Source: Eledone cirrhosa
Lineage: Eukaryota
Assembly (NCBI GenBank): GCA_964016885.1
Contig: CAXHJY010000511.1
Location: 1 to 64,000, forward strand
Reading direction: 5' to 3'
Length of the DNA stretch: 64,000 bases
The translations under genes and the position numbers were made by a program. This document shows positions 1 to 12,681 of the stretch, piece after piece (the stretch's first letter is position 1; each line of letters starts with the position of its first letter). The notes under the pieces are model-generated. The model did no database searches. It was not told where the DNA came from and saw only the letters and a list, made by a program, of their open reading frames with translations.

Positions 1-230
1 TCTTTGCTTTCTTCTTTCTCCTTTAAAATTGTAAAAGACTTTGTGAAGTATTTAGCCAAGCATGTCACTGACTAAACAGTAAAAATAAATATATATATGT
101 TTGAAATGTGTGCGTCCCAGCACAAATGACTATGATAATAGTATAATAATAATTGTTTCTACTTTTGGCACAAGGCCATTCTTATTCTCTCTCTCTCTTT
201 CTCTCCAAACCCTCTTCTTCTAATTCTTTC

Positions 231-768
231 ACACACACACACACACACCCTCACACACACACACACACATGCACCCTCACACATACACACATGCACCCTC
301 ACACACACACACATGCACCCTCACACACACACACATGCACCCTCACACACACACATGCACCCTCTCACACATACATGCACCCTCACACACTCACATGCAC
401 CCTCACACACACACATGCACCCTCTCACACATACATGCACCCTCACACACACATGCACCCTCTCACACATACATGCACCCCTCTCACACATACATGCACC
501 CTCACACACTCACATGCACCCTCACACACACATGCACCCTCACACACATGCACCCTCACACACACACACATGCACCCTCACACACACATGCACCCTCTCA
601 CACATACATGCACCCTCTCACACATACATGCACCCTCACACACTCACATGCACCCTCACACACACACATGCACCCTCACACACACACATGCACCCTCTCA
701 CACATACATGCACCCTCACACACACATGCACCCTCTCACACATACATGCACCCTCACACACTCACACA
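231..768. repeat. Compound (CA)n minisatellite, unit ~CATGCACCCTCACACACA
   Basis: Tandem repetition seen directly. Confidence 0.95.
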
Positions 769-808
769 AACATTGAGGGAAACGTTTCCTGATCGGAATG
801 GTTTAAAC

Positions 809-1452
809 CAGGCATGGGCAACCTTTTTCGAGAAGCGGGCCACATGAGATATGGCTCATCATCAGGCGGGCCACATGAGATATGGCTCATCATCAGGCGG
901 GCCACATGAGATATGGCTCATCATCAGGCGGGCCACATGAGATATGGCTCATCATCAGGTGGGCCACATGAGATATGGCTCATCATCAGACGGGCCACAT
1001 GAGATATGGCTCATCATCAGACGGGCCACATGAGATATGGCTCATCATCAGACGGGCCACATGAGATACGGCTCATCATCAGACGGGCCACATGAGATAT
1101 GGCTCATCATCAGGTGGGCCACATGAGATATGGCTCATCATCAGGCGGGCTACATGAGATATGGCTCATCATCAGGCGGGCCACATGAGATATGGCTCAT
1201 CATCAGACGGGCCACATGAGATACGGCTCATCATCAGACGGGCCACATGAGATATGGCTCATCATCAGGCGGGCTACATGAGATATGGCTCATCATCAGG
1301 CGGGCCACATGAGATATGGCTCATCATCAGAAAATGACAGAAAGATAAATTACGACTGAAAAGTTGGGGTAAAAAAAATCAGAAAGATTTCACTTATGTG
1401 ACTTGGGCGAGCCATTGAGAAAGCTTCGTGGGTCGCAGGTTGCCCATGACTG
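809..1452. mobile_element. hAT-type MITE containing a 31-bp tandem array (838-1330, ~16 units)
   Basis: TIRs CAGGCATGGGCAACCT / AGGTTGCCCATGACTG; 8-bp TSD GTTTAAAC at 801-808 and 1453-1460. Confidence 0.9.
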
Positions 1453-1884
1453 GTTTAAACCATTGTTGGCATGTTCAGATAGTTGGGGCTTCATTTTTAT
1501 AGACAGAACAAATATTCCTTTCCATGTCTATTGCTGAGGAACCCCCTTTTTTTTTTTTATTCACACAGCATACAATATTTCTGGTGGTAATAATGGTGTT
1601 GGTGTATGTATTTGTTTACATATAGGAAATAAATAGTTTTCTATATAAATAATGAACACAACCACAAGGAAATGGTCTGAATGTGGAAGAGCCGTACCCC
1701 CACCGACATCGCCTCCATCTTTCTCACCCTCCCCATCTCTGTAGGGTGAGCAAATGGGGCCCCACTTTAGAACTCATTCTAGAGGGGTTAATATATATAA
1801 TATTAAGCATGGGAAAGTGGACGTAAAAACTATGATGAATGTCCTATTAATGTTGTAATTATTTTTGGGTCTAATTAATTGCAG

Positions 1885-1972
1885 GCTTTATTGTTTTGGA
1901 GGGCATGGACCTGCCATAGCTAATTACCTCTGTGACAGTGGAGAATATGTTGAAGATCTCAGCAGTGAAAGG
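1885..1972 (+). CDS. KLHDC2: KLHDC2/KLHDC1-like kelch protein, internal exon (RLYCFGGHGPAIANYLCDSGEYVEDLSSER); upstream exons not identified in window
   Basis: gcag acceptor 1881-1884, gtaaca donor at 1973; kelch YxFGG motif; phase fits next exon. Confidence 0.85.
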
Positions 1973-2357
1973 GTAACATTCTTTCTTTTACGCTTCTTAT
2001 TTTATTGCATTTGCATGATGCATTTTAAACCTTTCATCATCGTCATTGTCATCGTCATCATCGTCATCATCGTCATCGTCATCGTCATCGTTACCATCAT
2101 CACCATCATCACCATAATCGTTTAACATCTATCTTCCACGCTAGCATGGGTTGGACAGTTTTGTTCCACTCGAGGCAAGATTAGTCGGGAGATCGTGTCT
2201 CGCTCATACAGAACTGTTTCTGGCAGGTTTTCTACGGCTGGATGCCCTTCCTAACACCAACCACACTTACAGTGTGGACTGGGAGCCTTTTTACCCTGTC
2301 TCCTACACGACTACTTTACAGTGCGTATATATATTCTTGTTTTTTTTCCCCCAACAG

Positions 2358-2435
2358 TGCTACCCTCGTGGCTGGAATAATCAACTGTTGATATTTGACT
2401 GTGAATTACAGCGCTGGTCAAATCCAAAATGTGCT
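2358..2435 (+). CDS. KLHDC2: KLHDC2-like exon (CYPRGWNNQLLIFDCELQRWSNPKCA)
   Basis: Polypyrimidine tract + cag, gtaagt donor; resembles vertebrate KLHDC2 HPRGWNDHVHILD...WSQP. Confidence 0.92.
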
Positions 2436-2499
2436 GTAAGTATAATGGGCTTTTATATATTTCCTAATATTCTACAGGACAAAAGGGTGATGTATTGAC

Positions 2500-2680
2500 A
2501 GAATTGGTAGAGCATCGGTTGAAATGCCATTGCAGTATTTGTACTGGCCCTTTACATTCTGACTTCAAATTCCATTGAGGTCAACTTAGGCTTTCAACCT
2601 TTTGGGCGTCATTAAAATACAGTACCAGTCAAGTACTTGGGTTGATTTAAATTTGCTGGCCTTGTGCCTAAATTAGAAAT
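2500..2680 (+). mobile_element. tRNA-derived SINE (family S1), diverged copy
   Basis: Resembles the S1 copies at 52083-52272 (A/B-box-like head, gctggccttgtgcc 3' end). Confidence 0.7.
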
Positions 2681-2702
2681 AAATATATTTATATGTTTAT
2701 TA

Positions 2703-2853
2703 CAGATGTAGGTGGTGAGAAATAAAAGTTGACCAAGAGTTGGCCCTGCATCCACAAGACTTAGTTTTTATCATCATCATCGTCATCATTTAAAATGGGC
2801 GTTAACTGGGGTTCAACTCTTGGTCAACTTTTATTTCACATCACCTACATCTG
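2703..2853. mobile_element. Tc1/mariner-type MITE
   Basis: ~40-bp TIRs CAGATGTAGGTG...GACCAAGAGTTG flanked by TA. Confidence 0.8.
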
Positions 2854-3030
2854 TAATAATATTTAGCAAGATGTAAACATAACATGTTCTCAGTTCATCT
2901 GTTGAGGTTCAGAAATGAAATGTTTCTATGAACTATGGTAGAGAATTAGCAGAGTTGTTAGAGTCAACATCAACATCATCACCATCATACTTTTATGTCC
3001 GCTAATTGATGTAACTCTTATTTTCTCTAG

Positions 3031-3167
3031 GGTGAAGTCCCATCTCCTCGAGCAGCCCATGCTTCAACACGTATTGGTAATAAAACCTATGTATTTGGTG
3101 GCCGACATCTCTCTCACCGCTTGAATGATATATATTGCCTTGATTTAGACACACTTCATTGGACCAA
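3031..3167 (+). CDS. KLHDC2: KLHDC2-like exon (GEVPSPRAAHASTRIGNKTYVFGGRHLSHRLNDIYCLDLDTLHWTK)
   Basis: ttttctctag acceptor, gtaagt donor; complete kelch repeat PSPRAAHA...VFGGR...RLND...W; absent from ORF track. Confidence 0.95.
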
Positions 3168-3639
3168 GTAAGTTTGGTTTTTCTCTTTCAGTTTCTCTTT
3201 TGTCTTTCTAATGCTCTGGGTGACAGACCTAATCTGCCATTCAATTTAACACTACCACCTGGCCCTTGGCTGTTGGGTGTCCTTAGCAGAGTTAACTTGG
3301 TTACAAGTATTTGGGCCAACTCCCCTGTTTAACCCTTTAACATTAACATTACTTTATATTTACTATTGTATTTTCACGGTAAACACGTTATCTCACATAA
3401 TATTGAAGCTATGAGAACTGTTCTTCCTTCACTGACTAAACAGTAAAAAGAAATATATATATATTTGAAATGTGTGCGTCCCAACACAAATGACTATAAT
3501 AATAGTATAATAATAATAATGGATTGCTATAAATGATAGTCAAGAAAATTGGGTAAAGTTTCCCTGGAGATGAAAAATTTCCCAATGTTTCTTAAGTCTA
3601 CTGTATGTATGTTTTATTTTTTTTTTTTGTGGAGCAAGA

Positions 3640-3968
3640 GACTCCTAGTCTTCATTAAGACATCTCTCTAGGAGAAGGTCATGCTGATATAAAACCTGGG
3701 ACTTTGTTTGCATCCAATGATGTAGACCAGTTCTTCTTTTTGAGCAATTGCATTCGTTGTTCAGAGAGTGGGATAGGCTCTGTGCAAAGACTTTCTTCAC
3801 TTAAAAAAGCTTCAGGCACAGGCATCGCTTGATATGACATTTGTTTGCAATGCATGGCAATGCTGGCTATAGCTGGGTTCCTAGCAGGACTAGGAAGCCA
3901 CATCCGTGATACTCATGTTTAAGTATCAAGCAAAAAATTACTTGAAATCAAGTTGCAGCCTTCATGTA
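3640..3968 (+). mobile_element. Non-autonomous RTE derivative, diverged
   Basis: Shares ggagaagg...ctgatataa and gagagtggga...cacaggca blocks with 58236-58838; ends cagccttcatgtatg. Confidence 0.6.
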
Positions 3969-4181
3969 TGTGTGTGTGTGTATGTATGTACATGCGTGTG
4001 TTTATGTCAGATTTATGTATGTATATGGAGGGCAGGGTGGACTGTGAACCCTAAAAACAAAGACACAATCTGGGTTGATCTGCTGCTAAACATTATACGT
4101 ATGTCTAAGTAAAATTCTTAACCTTATGCCAACATTACTGTTGCTGTTGTTGTAAACTTATCATGTAATATCTCTTGACAG

Positions 4182-4294
4182 GCCTCACATATCAGGTCAC
4201 ATTCCATGTGGCAGGTCTTGGTGTTCTTTTACGGCTGTCTCTCCTACACATATTCTTTTGTGTGGAGGTTTTTCTCAGGATAACCAACCTTTAG
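4182..4294 (+). CDS. KLHDC2: KLHDC2-like exon (PHISGHIPCGRSWCSFTAVSPTHILLCGGFSQDNQPL)
   Basis: cag acceptor, gtaact donor, phases consistent; resembles PVGRSWHSLTPVSSDHLFLFGGFTTDKQPL. Confidence 0.93.
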
Positions 4295-4399
4295 GTAACT
4301 ACCCTGTCTTTTCCTCTATTATAATGGCGACATTTGTTTGATAGTATTGATATCTGTTATAATGCTGCTGTTTACTTCATACTATCACCATTGGTTTAT

Positions 4400-4865
4400 T
4401 TGATAACACCTATCTCTGTCTGATAACACCTCTGTTTGAAAACACCTGTCTCTCTCTGATAACACCTCTGTCTGATAACACCTGCCTCTGTCTGTTAACA
4501 CCTGCCTCTGTCTGATAACACCTGCCTCTGTCTGATAACACCTGCCTCTGTCTGATAACACCTGCCTCTGTCTGTTAACACCTGCCTCTGTCTGTTAACA
4601 CCTGCCTCTGTCTGATAACACCTGCCTCTGTCTGATAACACCTGTCTCTGTCTGATAACACCTGTCTCTGTCTGATAACACCTGCCTCTTGTCCGATAAC
4701 ACCTGTCTCTGTCTGATAGCACCTGTCTCTGTCTGATAGCACCTGCGTCTGTCTGATAACACCTGTCTCTGTCTGATAACACCTGTCTCTGTCTGATAAC
4801 ACCTGCCTCTGTCTGATAACACCTGCCTCTGTCTGATAACACCTGTGCCTGTCTGATAATACCTG
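4400..4865. repeat. 20-bp minisatellite (ACACCTGCCTCTGTCTGATA)n, intronic
   Basis: Tandem repetition seen directly. Confidence 0.95.
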
Positions 4866-5121
4866 GAATATATTTCAGGGCATTTTTTATAAACTCTGTT
4901 TTCTAAATGTGAAAGTACACCATTAAAAAAGCAGAGCACGGGAGGCAGTGTTGGTGGTAGGTGTGTGTGTGGGGGGTTATTTAATACCTCCTCCCAGTGA
5001 CCCCCACCCATCCCTCCCTCCTTGGGACAGGCCCGTCCATGGGTTTAACTCTCTTTTGAACTAATTTCTGTTGCTGCTCTTATTTTATTTTAATTTTTTT
5101 TTCTTGTCTTTTATTTATCAG

Positions 5122-5282
5122 CTGATATCTGGTTATTTGATGTAACCACATATAGCTGGGTAATCTATGAGATGTCCTTCTCGATGCCCCGCCTGTGGCA
5201 CTCCTGTTGTGTCACCCTTGAGGACGATGTCATCATATTTGGAGGGTGTTGTAGTAATATTCTGGACTACACCCAGAAAGCT
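5122..5282 (+). CDS. KLHDC2: KLHDC2-like exon (ADIWLFDVTTYSWVIYEMSFSMPRLWHSCCVTLEDDVIIFGGCCSNILDYTQKA)
   Basis: tcag acceptor, gtaagt donor; PRLWH and IFGGC motifs. Confidence 0.93.
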
Positions 5283-6048
5283 GTAAGTTTGGCAATATTT
5301 CTTCTAGCTACTTCCTTTGTGTCTATTGTTGTTTTTGTTGTTGTGGTGGTGGTGATGAGTATAGTGATGATGATGATGGTGTTAGTAATGATGATAGTGC
5401 TGTTGATGATGTTGATGTCATATTTGGACCCTTGATAAATTTACTCAGTAGTCAAGAATACTTGAATGTTATATCTGATTTCTTTAGTCTCCTATTATAA
5501 TATGTCTGGTAATCAAACAGAGAACATAGGGTAGAGAGGACTATTTAGTCTGACTGTACATATGATCACCTCGCTAGTGTTGGTGCCACAAGAAAATACA
5601 CCCAGTACACTCTGTAAAGTCGTCAGTGACTAAATGGAAGCAATATGGGGTAGCGAGGCCTCACTAGTCTGGCTGTGCATGTGACAATCTCTCTAGCACT
5701 GGTGCTATGATAAAATGCACACGGTACACTCTGCAAAGTGTTAGAGCTGGTGCTATGATAAAATGCACTCAGTACACTTTGTAAAGTGATAGTGCTGGTG
5801 CTTTGATAAAATAGACCCAGTACACTCTGTAAAGTGATAGTGCTGGTGCTATGATAAAATGCACTCAATACACTCTGTAAAGTGATAGTGCTGGTGCCAC
5901 AATAAATAAATACATCCTGGAAAATGGTTGGCATTAAGAAAGGTATGGAACATCTGGGCACCTTAACAACCTGTCTGACCTATGCCAGCATGGAAAACAG
6001 ACATAATGTATCTTGATATTTTATATAAGAAATTGTATTTATTTTCAG

Positions 6049-6101
6049 GTTCACACAAACGAAGTACTACAATTTCGGATCAAATCAAAATCTCTTGTAC
6101 A
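6049..6101 (+). CDS. KLHDC2: KLHDC2-like exon (VHTNEVLQFRIKSKSLVQ), start of BC-box
   Basis: ttttcag acceptor, gtaagt donor; resembles HSNEILIFSVQPKSLVR. Confidence 0.88.
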
Positions 6102-6189
6102 GTAAGTTGACTTTATTTTTTTGTTTTCCTCATGATAGTTCTTACGCCTCTATCTTATATTTACTCAACTTGGCAATTGTTAACTCTTT

Positions 6190-6830
6190 TCACAGTGACT
6201 TGATCTGAGACTCTGTTGAAACTAAAGCTTTGACATCATAGTTGTACATGTCTGATAAGTGACTTGATCTGAGACTGTGTTGACTAAAGCTATGACACCA
6301 TAGAAGAGTCAAATTAACCACAGTTGTAGATGTCTGACAAGTGACTTGATCTGAGACTGTGTTGACTAAAGCTATGACACCATAGAAGAGTCAAATTAAC
6401 CACAGTTGTAGATGTCTGACAAGTGACTTGATCTGAGACTGTGTTGACTAAAGCTATGACACCATAGAAGAGTCAAATTAACCATAGTTGTACATGCCTG
6501 GCAAGTGACTTGATCTGAGACTGTGTGTTGACTAAAGCTATGACATCATAAGAAGAGTCAAATTAACCATAGTTGTACATGCCTGGCAAGTGACTTGATC
6601 TGAGACTGTGTGTTGACTAAAGCTATGACACCATAGAAGAGTCAAATTAACCATAGTTGTACATGCCTGGCAAGTGACTTGATCTGAGACTGTGTGTTGA
6701 CTAAAGCTATGACACCATAGAAGAGTCAAATTAACCACAGTTGTACATGTCTGACAAGTGACTTGATCTGAGACTCAATGTTGAAACTAAAACAATTATA
6801 TTGTAGAAGAGTCATTTTAACCATGGCTAT
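6190..6830. repeat. ~82-bp tandem repeat, about 7 units, intronic
   Basis: Recurring AAGTGACTTGATCTGAGACTGTG...AGAAGAGTCAAATTAACCA. Confidence 0.95.
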
Positions 6831-7029
6831 AGTTAAAGTAGTTGTAGGAAGGTATTCCTACACTGGAGATCTGGTCTGAATACTTACAATAGAGTGGACT
6901 CTTCTAAATGCATGCAAGAGGGTGGTGGTGGTGCTAAACCAACCAACAAATAGGCCACAGCAGAATTTGGAATCAGAACAGAAAGAGCGAGAACAAATAC
7001 TGTAAGGTATCTCCTTTAACTCTTTAATA

Positions 7030-7240
7030 ATGATTTCTAGTATAGGCACAAGGCCAGTAATTTTTGGGGAGGGGAAAGTTGATTAAATCGACCTCCATAC
7101 GTTACTGGTACTTTATTTTATCGACCCCTGTCAGGATGAAAGGCAAAGTTAACCTCGGTGGGATTTGAACTCAGACCTTAAAGGACTGTAATTAAGCATG
7201 GTGTTTCACTCTCTACCGATACTGCCATTCCACCACCCTC
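7030..7240 (-). mobile_element. tRNA-derived SINE S1
   Basis: Reverse complement of the S1 consensus. Confidence 0.85.
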
Positions 7241-7365
7241 TTTAACTCTTTAATAATAAGCATTGTCTTTCATTAGAAGTATGGCAATAAAATAGTTAAA
7301 TACTTTTGTTTTGAATTACTTATTCCTTTTATATATTTTGTATTTCTTGTCTTTTATTTTTCCAG

Positions 7366-7510
7366 ACTTTCTGTTGATACGCTTGTACGACACCGTCAAA
7401 AGACAAAAGCAGAGTGGAAATATTTACCTGAAGGATTATTTAAATATGTCAAGTTAAAGGAGCAAGCTATTATAAATGACCCCATCAAATTCTTCTCTTC
7501 AAATCTGGTT
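7366..7510 (+). CDS. KLHDC2: KLHDC2-like exon (LSVDTLVRHRQKTKAEWKYLPEGLFKYVKLKEQAIINDPIKFFSSNLV), BC-box/Cul2-box region
   Basis: ttttccag acceptor, gtaagt donor; W..LP..L motif like WNCLPKHL. Confidence 0.85.
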
Positions 7511-7697
7511 GTAAGTAAAACAATCTAATTATATTAACATCCAGTTTAATTAATGCTGGCAGTGATTTAGCAGAGTCGTTAGTGAATCGGATAAATTCTT
7601 AGTATCCTGTAATGATTTAGTAGAAAATGTCTAAAAACAGGTTTGTAGTATCTTTACTACTGAACAGATTGTTGTGAAAATTTGTAGTATTAACTGT

Positions 7698-7960
7698 TGA
7701 GTTGCTGAAGCATGGAACAAACTACCTGCATCAGTTATTAGCTGTTTGGACACTGCATCCTTTAAAACCATCATACTTCCTGAGATTCGCCAACACTATA
7801 CCTGATGTTCTCCATCCATACACACGCACACATGTATATCATGACTTGTACACTGTTAATTTTCCTGGCATTTGTACATTATTCTATGTACTATACATGC
7901 ACCTTTGATGAGTTGTAGTGCACCTGAGCACTGTACACAATAATTTCATTATTATTATTT
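7698..7960 (+). mobile_element. CR1-like LINE 3' end
   Basis: Near-identical to 11030-11300; (ATT)n tail. Confidence 0.85.
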
Positions 7961-8492
7961 ATTTAATATGTTGTAGTGATTTAGTAGGAAATATCTAAAA
8001 ATAAGTTTGTTAAATCAAATGTTTATAGTACCTTTACTAGTGGATAAATTGTAAAACTTTGCAGGCATTTTATTACTAAGATAGTAACTTAAAATATGGT
8101 TCTTATATAAAATTATGTTGGAAGATTTTAATTTAAACAGGAACCCTTTAAAATGGGTGGTTTTGTTTGATTGAGTTAGAGGCAGTTTGGGGCTGGCTGG
8201 TATCAGTAAACCAGAAACATACTGATTCCTTGATTAAGTTCTAGTGACAGATTTATCCTTTTTATACTAAACCATCTGTCTTGTTCAGGGACGGACACAG
8301 CGTGCCACTGGAAATTGAATTCATGACCTTACGATCATGAGCCGAATTCCCTAACCACAAAGCCACACGCCTTCATTCATCCATATACACATTCATACAT
8401 ACATACATACATTGATACAAACATTGATACAAACATGCATACAAACATACATGCATGCATTCATACATATATATATACATACATACATACAT

Positions 8493-8636
8493 GGAGGCAC
8501 ATGGCTTAGTGGTTAGAGCATTGGCCTTGCAATCGAAAGGTTGTGAGTTCAATTCTCAGACCGGGTGATGTGTTGTTTCCTTGAGCAAGACACTTTATTT
8601 CACATTGCTCCAGTTTACTCAGCTGTAGAAATGAGA
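8493..8636 (+). mobile_element. tRNA-derived SINE with CORE-like domain (family S2)
   Basis: A box tggcttagtgg, B box gagttcaattc, CORE-like ccttgagcaagacacttt; relatives at 13988-14175 and 55728-55880. Confidence 0.75.
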
Positions 8637-8964
8637 TGATAGGGACTTGGGTCCCTATCATTCCACTACAAAGTGGTCGTGGAGGTGCCATGGCAGAAAA
8701 GCACCCAGCCCACACTGTAAAGTGGTCGTGGAGGTGCCACGGCAAAAAAGCACCCAGCACTCACTGTAAATGAGGTTGGTGTTAGGAAGGGCATCCAGCT
8801 GTAGAAATCAAGCCAGAATCAGTTCCCGTCCCACCCTTGCAAGCAGGGAAAAGCGGACGTAAAATGAAATGATGATGATGAATGATGATACATACATACA
8901 TATATACATGCATACATACATGCATACATGCATACATACATGCATACATACATACATACATACA

Positions 8965-9290
8965 TGAGGATTGCAGCGTCTTCACAGACGATTGCCGTCT
9001 CTTATTGATTCTTCGTTATCATCCCATCCGCGTCCATGACTTGGTAGATGACTTTGTAGGCCAGCTGTAGATCTTCGTGGTTTACAACACAGGTGACAGA
9101 AGAGAGTTGTGCTTTCCACAGGACTGGCGGGGGTCACGCTATGGGACACAATCTTTATGCACCACCATGTGGTTTTTTAGCCTGGAACTAGTTCTACACA
9201 TATTGTTGTATATCATGCACGTTGTTTTGCCAGATCTTTGTTGAGTGGTGTTGCGGGTGGTTATCCTTTCGTGTGACTTCAGGTGATTAA
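8965..9290 (-). mobile_element. RTE LINE 3' end with decayed C2H2 fingers and (ATGT)n tail
   Basis: Minus strand reads CHLCCKPRRSTAGLQSHLPSH; tail in adjacent (TACA)n. Confidence 0.65.
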
Positions 9291-9599
9291 CATACATGCA
9301 TACATAATCAGCACCGTTTTAGTCCGTTTTTCCACGCTAGCATGGGTTAGACGGGTTGTCCTGTTGTGAGCAGTGTCCAGTCGGCTGACCTTGTCTTGCT
9401 CATACAGGAACTGATTCTGGCTTGATTTCTATAGCTGGATGCCCTTCCTAACACCAACCTCATTTACAATGAGTGCTGGGTGCTTTATTTCCATGGTGCC
9501 TACACGTCCACTTTACAGTGTGGGCTGGGTGCTTTTTTGCTGTGGCACCTCCATGACCACTTTGCAGTGGGAGGGGGTGATGGCATATTGTCTATATGC

Positions 9600-9775
9600 T
9601 TCAGCTTGTTCCTGTAGGAAGTCGGGTCTTCTGTATTACTGCATGACGCCAGAGGTCACGGTCGTGTGTCATCACCTTTGAGAGGTATAATTCGGTGAGG
9701 TCGGCTTTTATCACCTCATCCCAGGTCTTCTTGGGTCTCCCCACTCCGCAGCTTCCATCGACTTCTGGTGCTCTG
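9600..9775 (-). mobile_element. RTE LINE ORF C-terminal fragment
   Basis: GRPKKTWDEVIKADL...DRDLWR motif. Confidence 0.8.
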
Positions 9776-9855
9776 TACATATGTATGTATACATGCATTT
9801 ATGCATGCAATGTCATATCTAATTTTTTAATCTTTTTTTTCTCTTTACTTTACAG

Positions 9856-9870
9856 AAGGTAAATTCCTGA
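9856..9870 (+). CDS. KLHDC2: Probable last coding exon (KVNS-stop), followed by an AT-rich 3'UTR
   Basis: Strong pyrimidine tract + tacag at 9851-9855, in phase, TGA 9868-9870; non-repetitive UTR-like sequence follows. Confidence 0.6.
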   Translation, partial: KVNS

Positions 9871-10112
9871 AAAGTGTTAAAATCTGGTGAAATTGTTGAA
9901 ACTGTAAAGTTGACAGTTTAACTGAGGAGTTTGTTACTTCAAACATAAGTGAACAACTGAAGTTCTGTATTGATGATGTGTGTGACACTGCAGTAAATAT
10001 TGAACATGGTATCTTTTGGTGGTTCTTACCTTGATCATGAAATATGTCATCTCTTTTAACAAAGTTGAAATACTGTTTCAGATATTTGTGGATGAAATTA
10101 CAACAAAGAAAT

Positions 10113-10118
10113 AATAAA
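10113..10118 (+). terminator. Candidate polyadenylation signal AATAAA
   Basis: AATAAA ~240 nt after the stop, with T-rich sequence downstream. Confidence 0.35.
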
Positions 10119-10532
10119 AAAAAAATACTTTTCTGTTTTCTGTTTTAATTGCAAATATACAAAAAAAACAACTTTTTTATATTCTCTTGAATAACAAACA
10201 CAAACACAGTCAAAATTTGGTTCAGAATTCACACGTGCAATTTAAACTTTTCGTGTTTTATTTAAATCTTTTTGAAAAGGTTCATTTCTCATAAATTTTG
10301 TTTTTTTTTATATATATAATTAATCCACAAAAAAAAAAAGAAAAAGAAGTTGATTGAATGACTTTTATTGTCATAACCTCATAACAGGCTCAATGTATAA
10401 ATATTGTGTTACAAACTAATGACTGTATAAAACATAGAATATCACCTGGGTGTTTGTTTTTTTTAATATTAATTACTAACGAGATCTGTGGAAATTCCAT
10501 GGACGAAAAAATTAAGAGGAGCTGTTAACAGA

Positions 10533-11305
10533 CGTTTTTCTAGCTGTGAACGTGACCTGGGCATTGCTGTCAGCAGCGATTTCCGTTGGACGAAGCATGT
10601 CTCTAAAATTGTCAAGAATTCCGAGAGTGTCTTAGCATCACTCAGCAAGACCTTTGTCAGCTGCTCTCCAGCTATCTATTTAAAGCTGTATATAGTGTGG
10701 CCACACTTAGAGTTTGCATCACCAGTCTGGAACCCCTATCTTGCTCAGAACATTGACCTCCTGGAAACTGTTCAGAGACGTGCAACCAAGCGAATACCCT
10801 CCATCAGGCATCTACCATACTCTGAACGCCTTGCTTCCCTGTGCATGGATACATGGATACACTGAAGCTCCAACGTCTGGCAACTGACTTGGTAAACACC
10901 CACAAAATCATTAACCATCTTGAGCACCTTTTTGATTTGATTTCCATGTGTCTAATACACGTGGGCATGCCTACAAAGTCAGAAAATTGCACAGCTCCCA
11001 TGACTTTCAGAAACATTTTTTCATGCTCAGAGTTGCTGAAGCATGGAACAAACTACCTGCATTAGTTGTTAGCTGCCGAGACACTGCATCCTTTAAAACC
11101 TCCATGCTCCCTGAGATTCGCCGACACTACACCTGATGTCCCCCCCCCCCCCCCCATACACATGCACACATTTATTTCATGACTCGTACACTGTTCATTT
11201 TCCCGACATTTGTACATTATTCTATGTACTATATATGCACCTTTGATGAGTTGTAGTGCACCTGAGCACTGTACACAATAATTTCATTATTATTATTATT
11301 ATTAT
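10533..11305 (+). mobile_element. CR1-clade LINE, 5'-truncated and frameshifted
   Basis: ERDLGI, PHLEFASPVWNPY, LETVQRRATK, YSERL, TRGH, VAEAWNKLP motifs; (ATT)n tail. Confidence 0.92.
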
Positions 11306-11315
11306 ATTATGTCTT

Positions 11316-11975
11316 CTCTCCTGTTGTCTTAGTCTACCTTGCTCTAAAACGATATGCCCACCAGATTATAGCATGGGGAACTCTGTCGAAGGGTTTTTCC
11401 AGATCGACATGCTAGATAGAGCTGCTTACTTTTCTCTAGGTATTTTTCCTGTAACTGCCTCACAACGAAGAGAGCATCAGTGGTGCTTTTACCTGGTACA
11501 AACCAGAACTGCATGTCAACTAGATTTACCTGGGCCCTAATCAGCTGTGCTATAATTCTTTGTTACTTTCATGACCTGGTCCATCAGCTTATTCACCTCT
11601 ATAGTTTCCTCTTTCCTCTATCTAGTGCATTTCCTTTACCCTTGTTGCAGTTGACAATGATGCTGCTGCACCAATCATTTGGTATGACACCATCTAGTAT
11701 TACTTGGTTTACAATACGTGTATGCTTTCAGCATCTCGGCAGCTATACCTATACCTGATGGACTGGCTGCTTTCCCAGTCTTCATGTTCTTAATTGCCTT
11801 ACTTACTACATTGCTGCTGACTTGTATTGCTGGGCCCTCTATGGGGTCCACTTGGGGCAGGGTCTCTTTCTCCCATGCATTCTCCTCATTCAGTAATCTT
11901 TCATAATGGCTCTTCCATGCAGCTTTCTTCTCGGCACTTGTAAGGGTAAGTGCACCTTTATCATCCCAGACAAGG
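11316..11975 (-). mobile_element. RTE LINE internal fragment upstream of and into RT, decayed
   Basis: Minus strand reads AWKSHYERLLNEEN...AIKNMKTGKAASPSGI...AEMLK. Confidence 0.75.
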
Positions 11976-12681
11976 AACAGGTTTGTAACTGAATTAAGAT
12001 GAAAAACAATATAAAATGTACAACAGGTTTATGGTAGAAAAATGGAAAAATTTAGACTTTCGTCAAAAGAATGTAGTTGGTAGAGCTTAACAAAAATATG
12101 ACCGCTCCTTACCAAATCTTAGGAGTGAAAGAAAGATATCTGAGCTAAGCACTCTATCAAGTAACGTTACACTAAAGATAGCGAGTTTGGCTTTTACACC
12201 TACCTCCCTTCTTATGACCGAATATTATGTTCGACAAAATACAGTAATTGATTTAATCGACAAAAGTCTTCTATGTAGTGTTTCTGCATGGCCCCGGATC
12301 AACGAGTAAAACCAATAAAAAACAAACTACGTTTTTTGTCAGTCATATTTTTTATTCTTTCAGGGAAGATAACTGTATAATTCTGTGAGAGTTATCTCCC
12401 TTGATTTTCCTCATTTTTTTTTTTTTTTTTCATTTTCTCCTTCTTCGCCTAATTATTCCTGAGAGGGTCGTGGGGGGGGGGGGGGATAGTCCTCAAATAC
12501 TTCTTCGAGCAGGTCCCGCCAGAAGCAACCGTCTCCAACTCATCTGGCTAGATCCTCAAGCGAGATCAGCCAAGCTCATGGATGTTATCCAACCATCTTG
12601 CTCTGGGTCTCTTGCCTGTTGGTTTTGCCCGTAAAATCTGTCTTGTGGATCTTTCCTATGATTACAAAGGTGTCTCTAGAC

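Noticed and set aside
153-847. His/Thr-rich ORFs, and the many YI, CV, MYVC and RE ORFs across the window
   Set aside because: They are translations of microsatellites.
838-1330. 31-bp array as a CRISPR array or tandem hammerheads (minus strand has CTGATGA plus a small hairpin)
   Set aside because: No unique spacers or cas genes; no GAAA or stem III after the hairpin; lies inside a hAT MITE.
8493-8570. SINE heads as tRNA genes
   Set aside because: A and B boxes are present but there is no complete cloverleaf, and they run into SINE bodies.
9922-9950. CTGAGGA plus GTTTG/CAAAC hairpin in the 3'UTR as a hammerhead
   Set aside because: No GAAA after the stem and no stem I partner.
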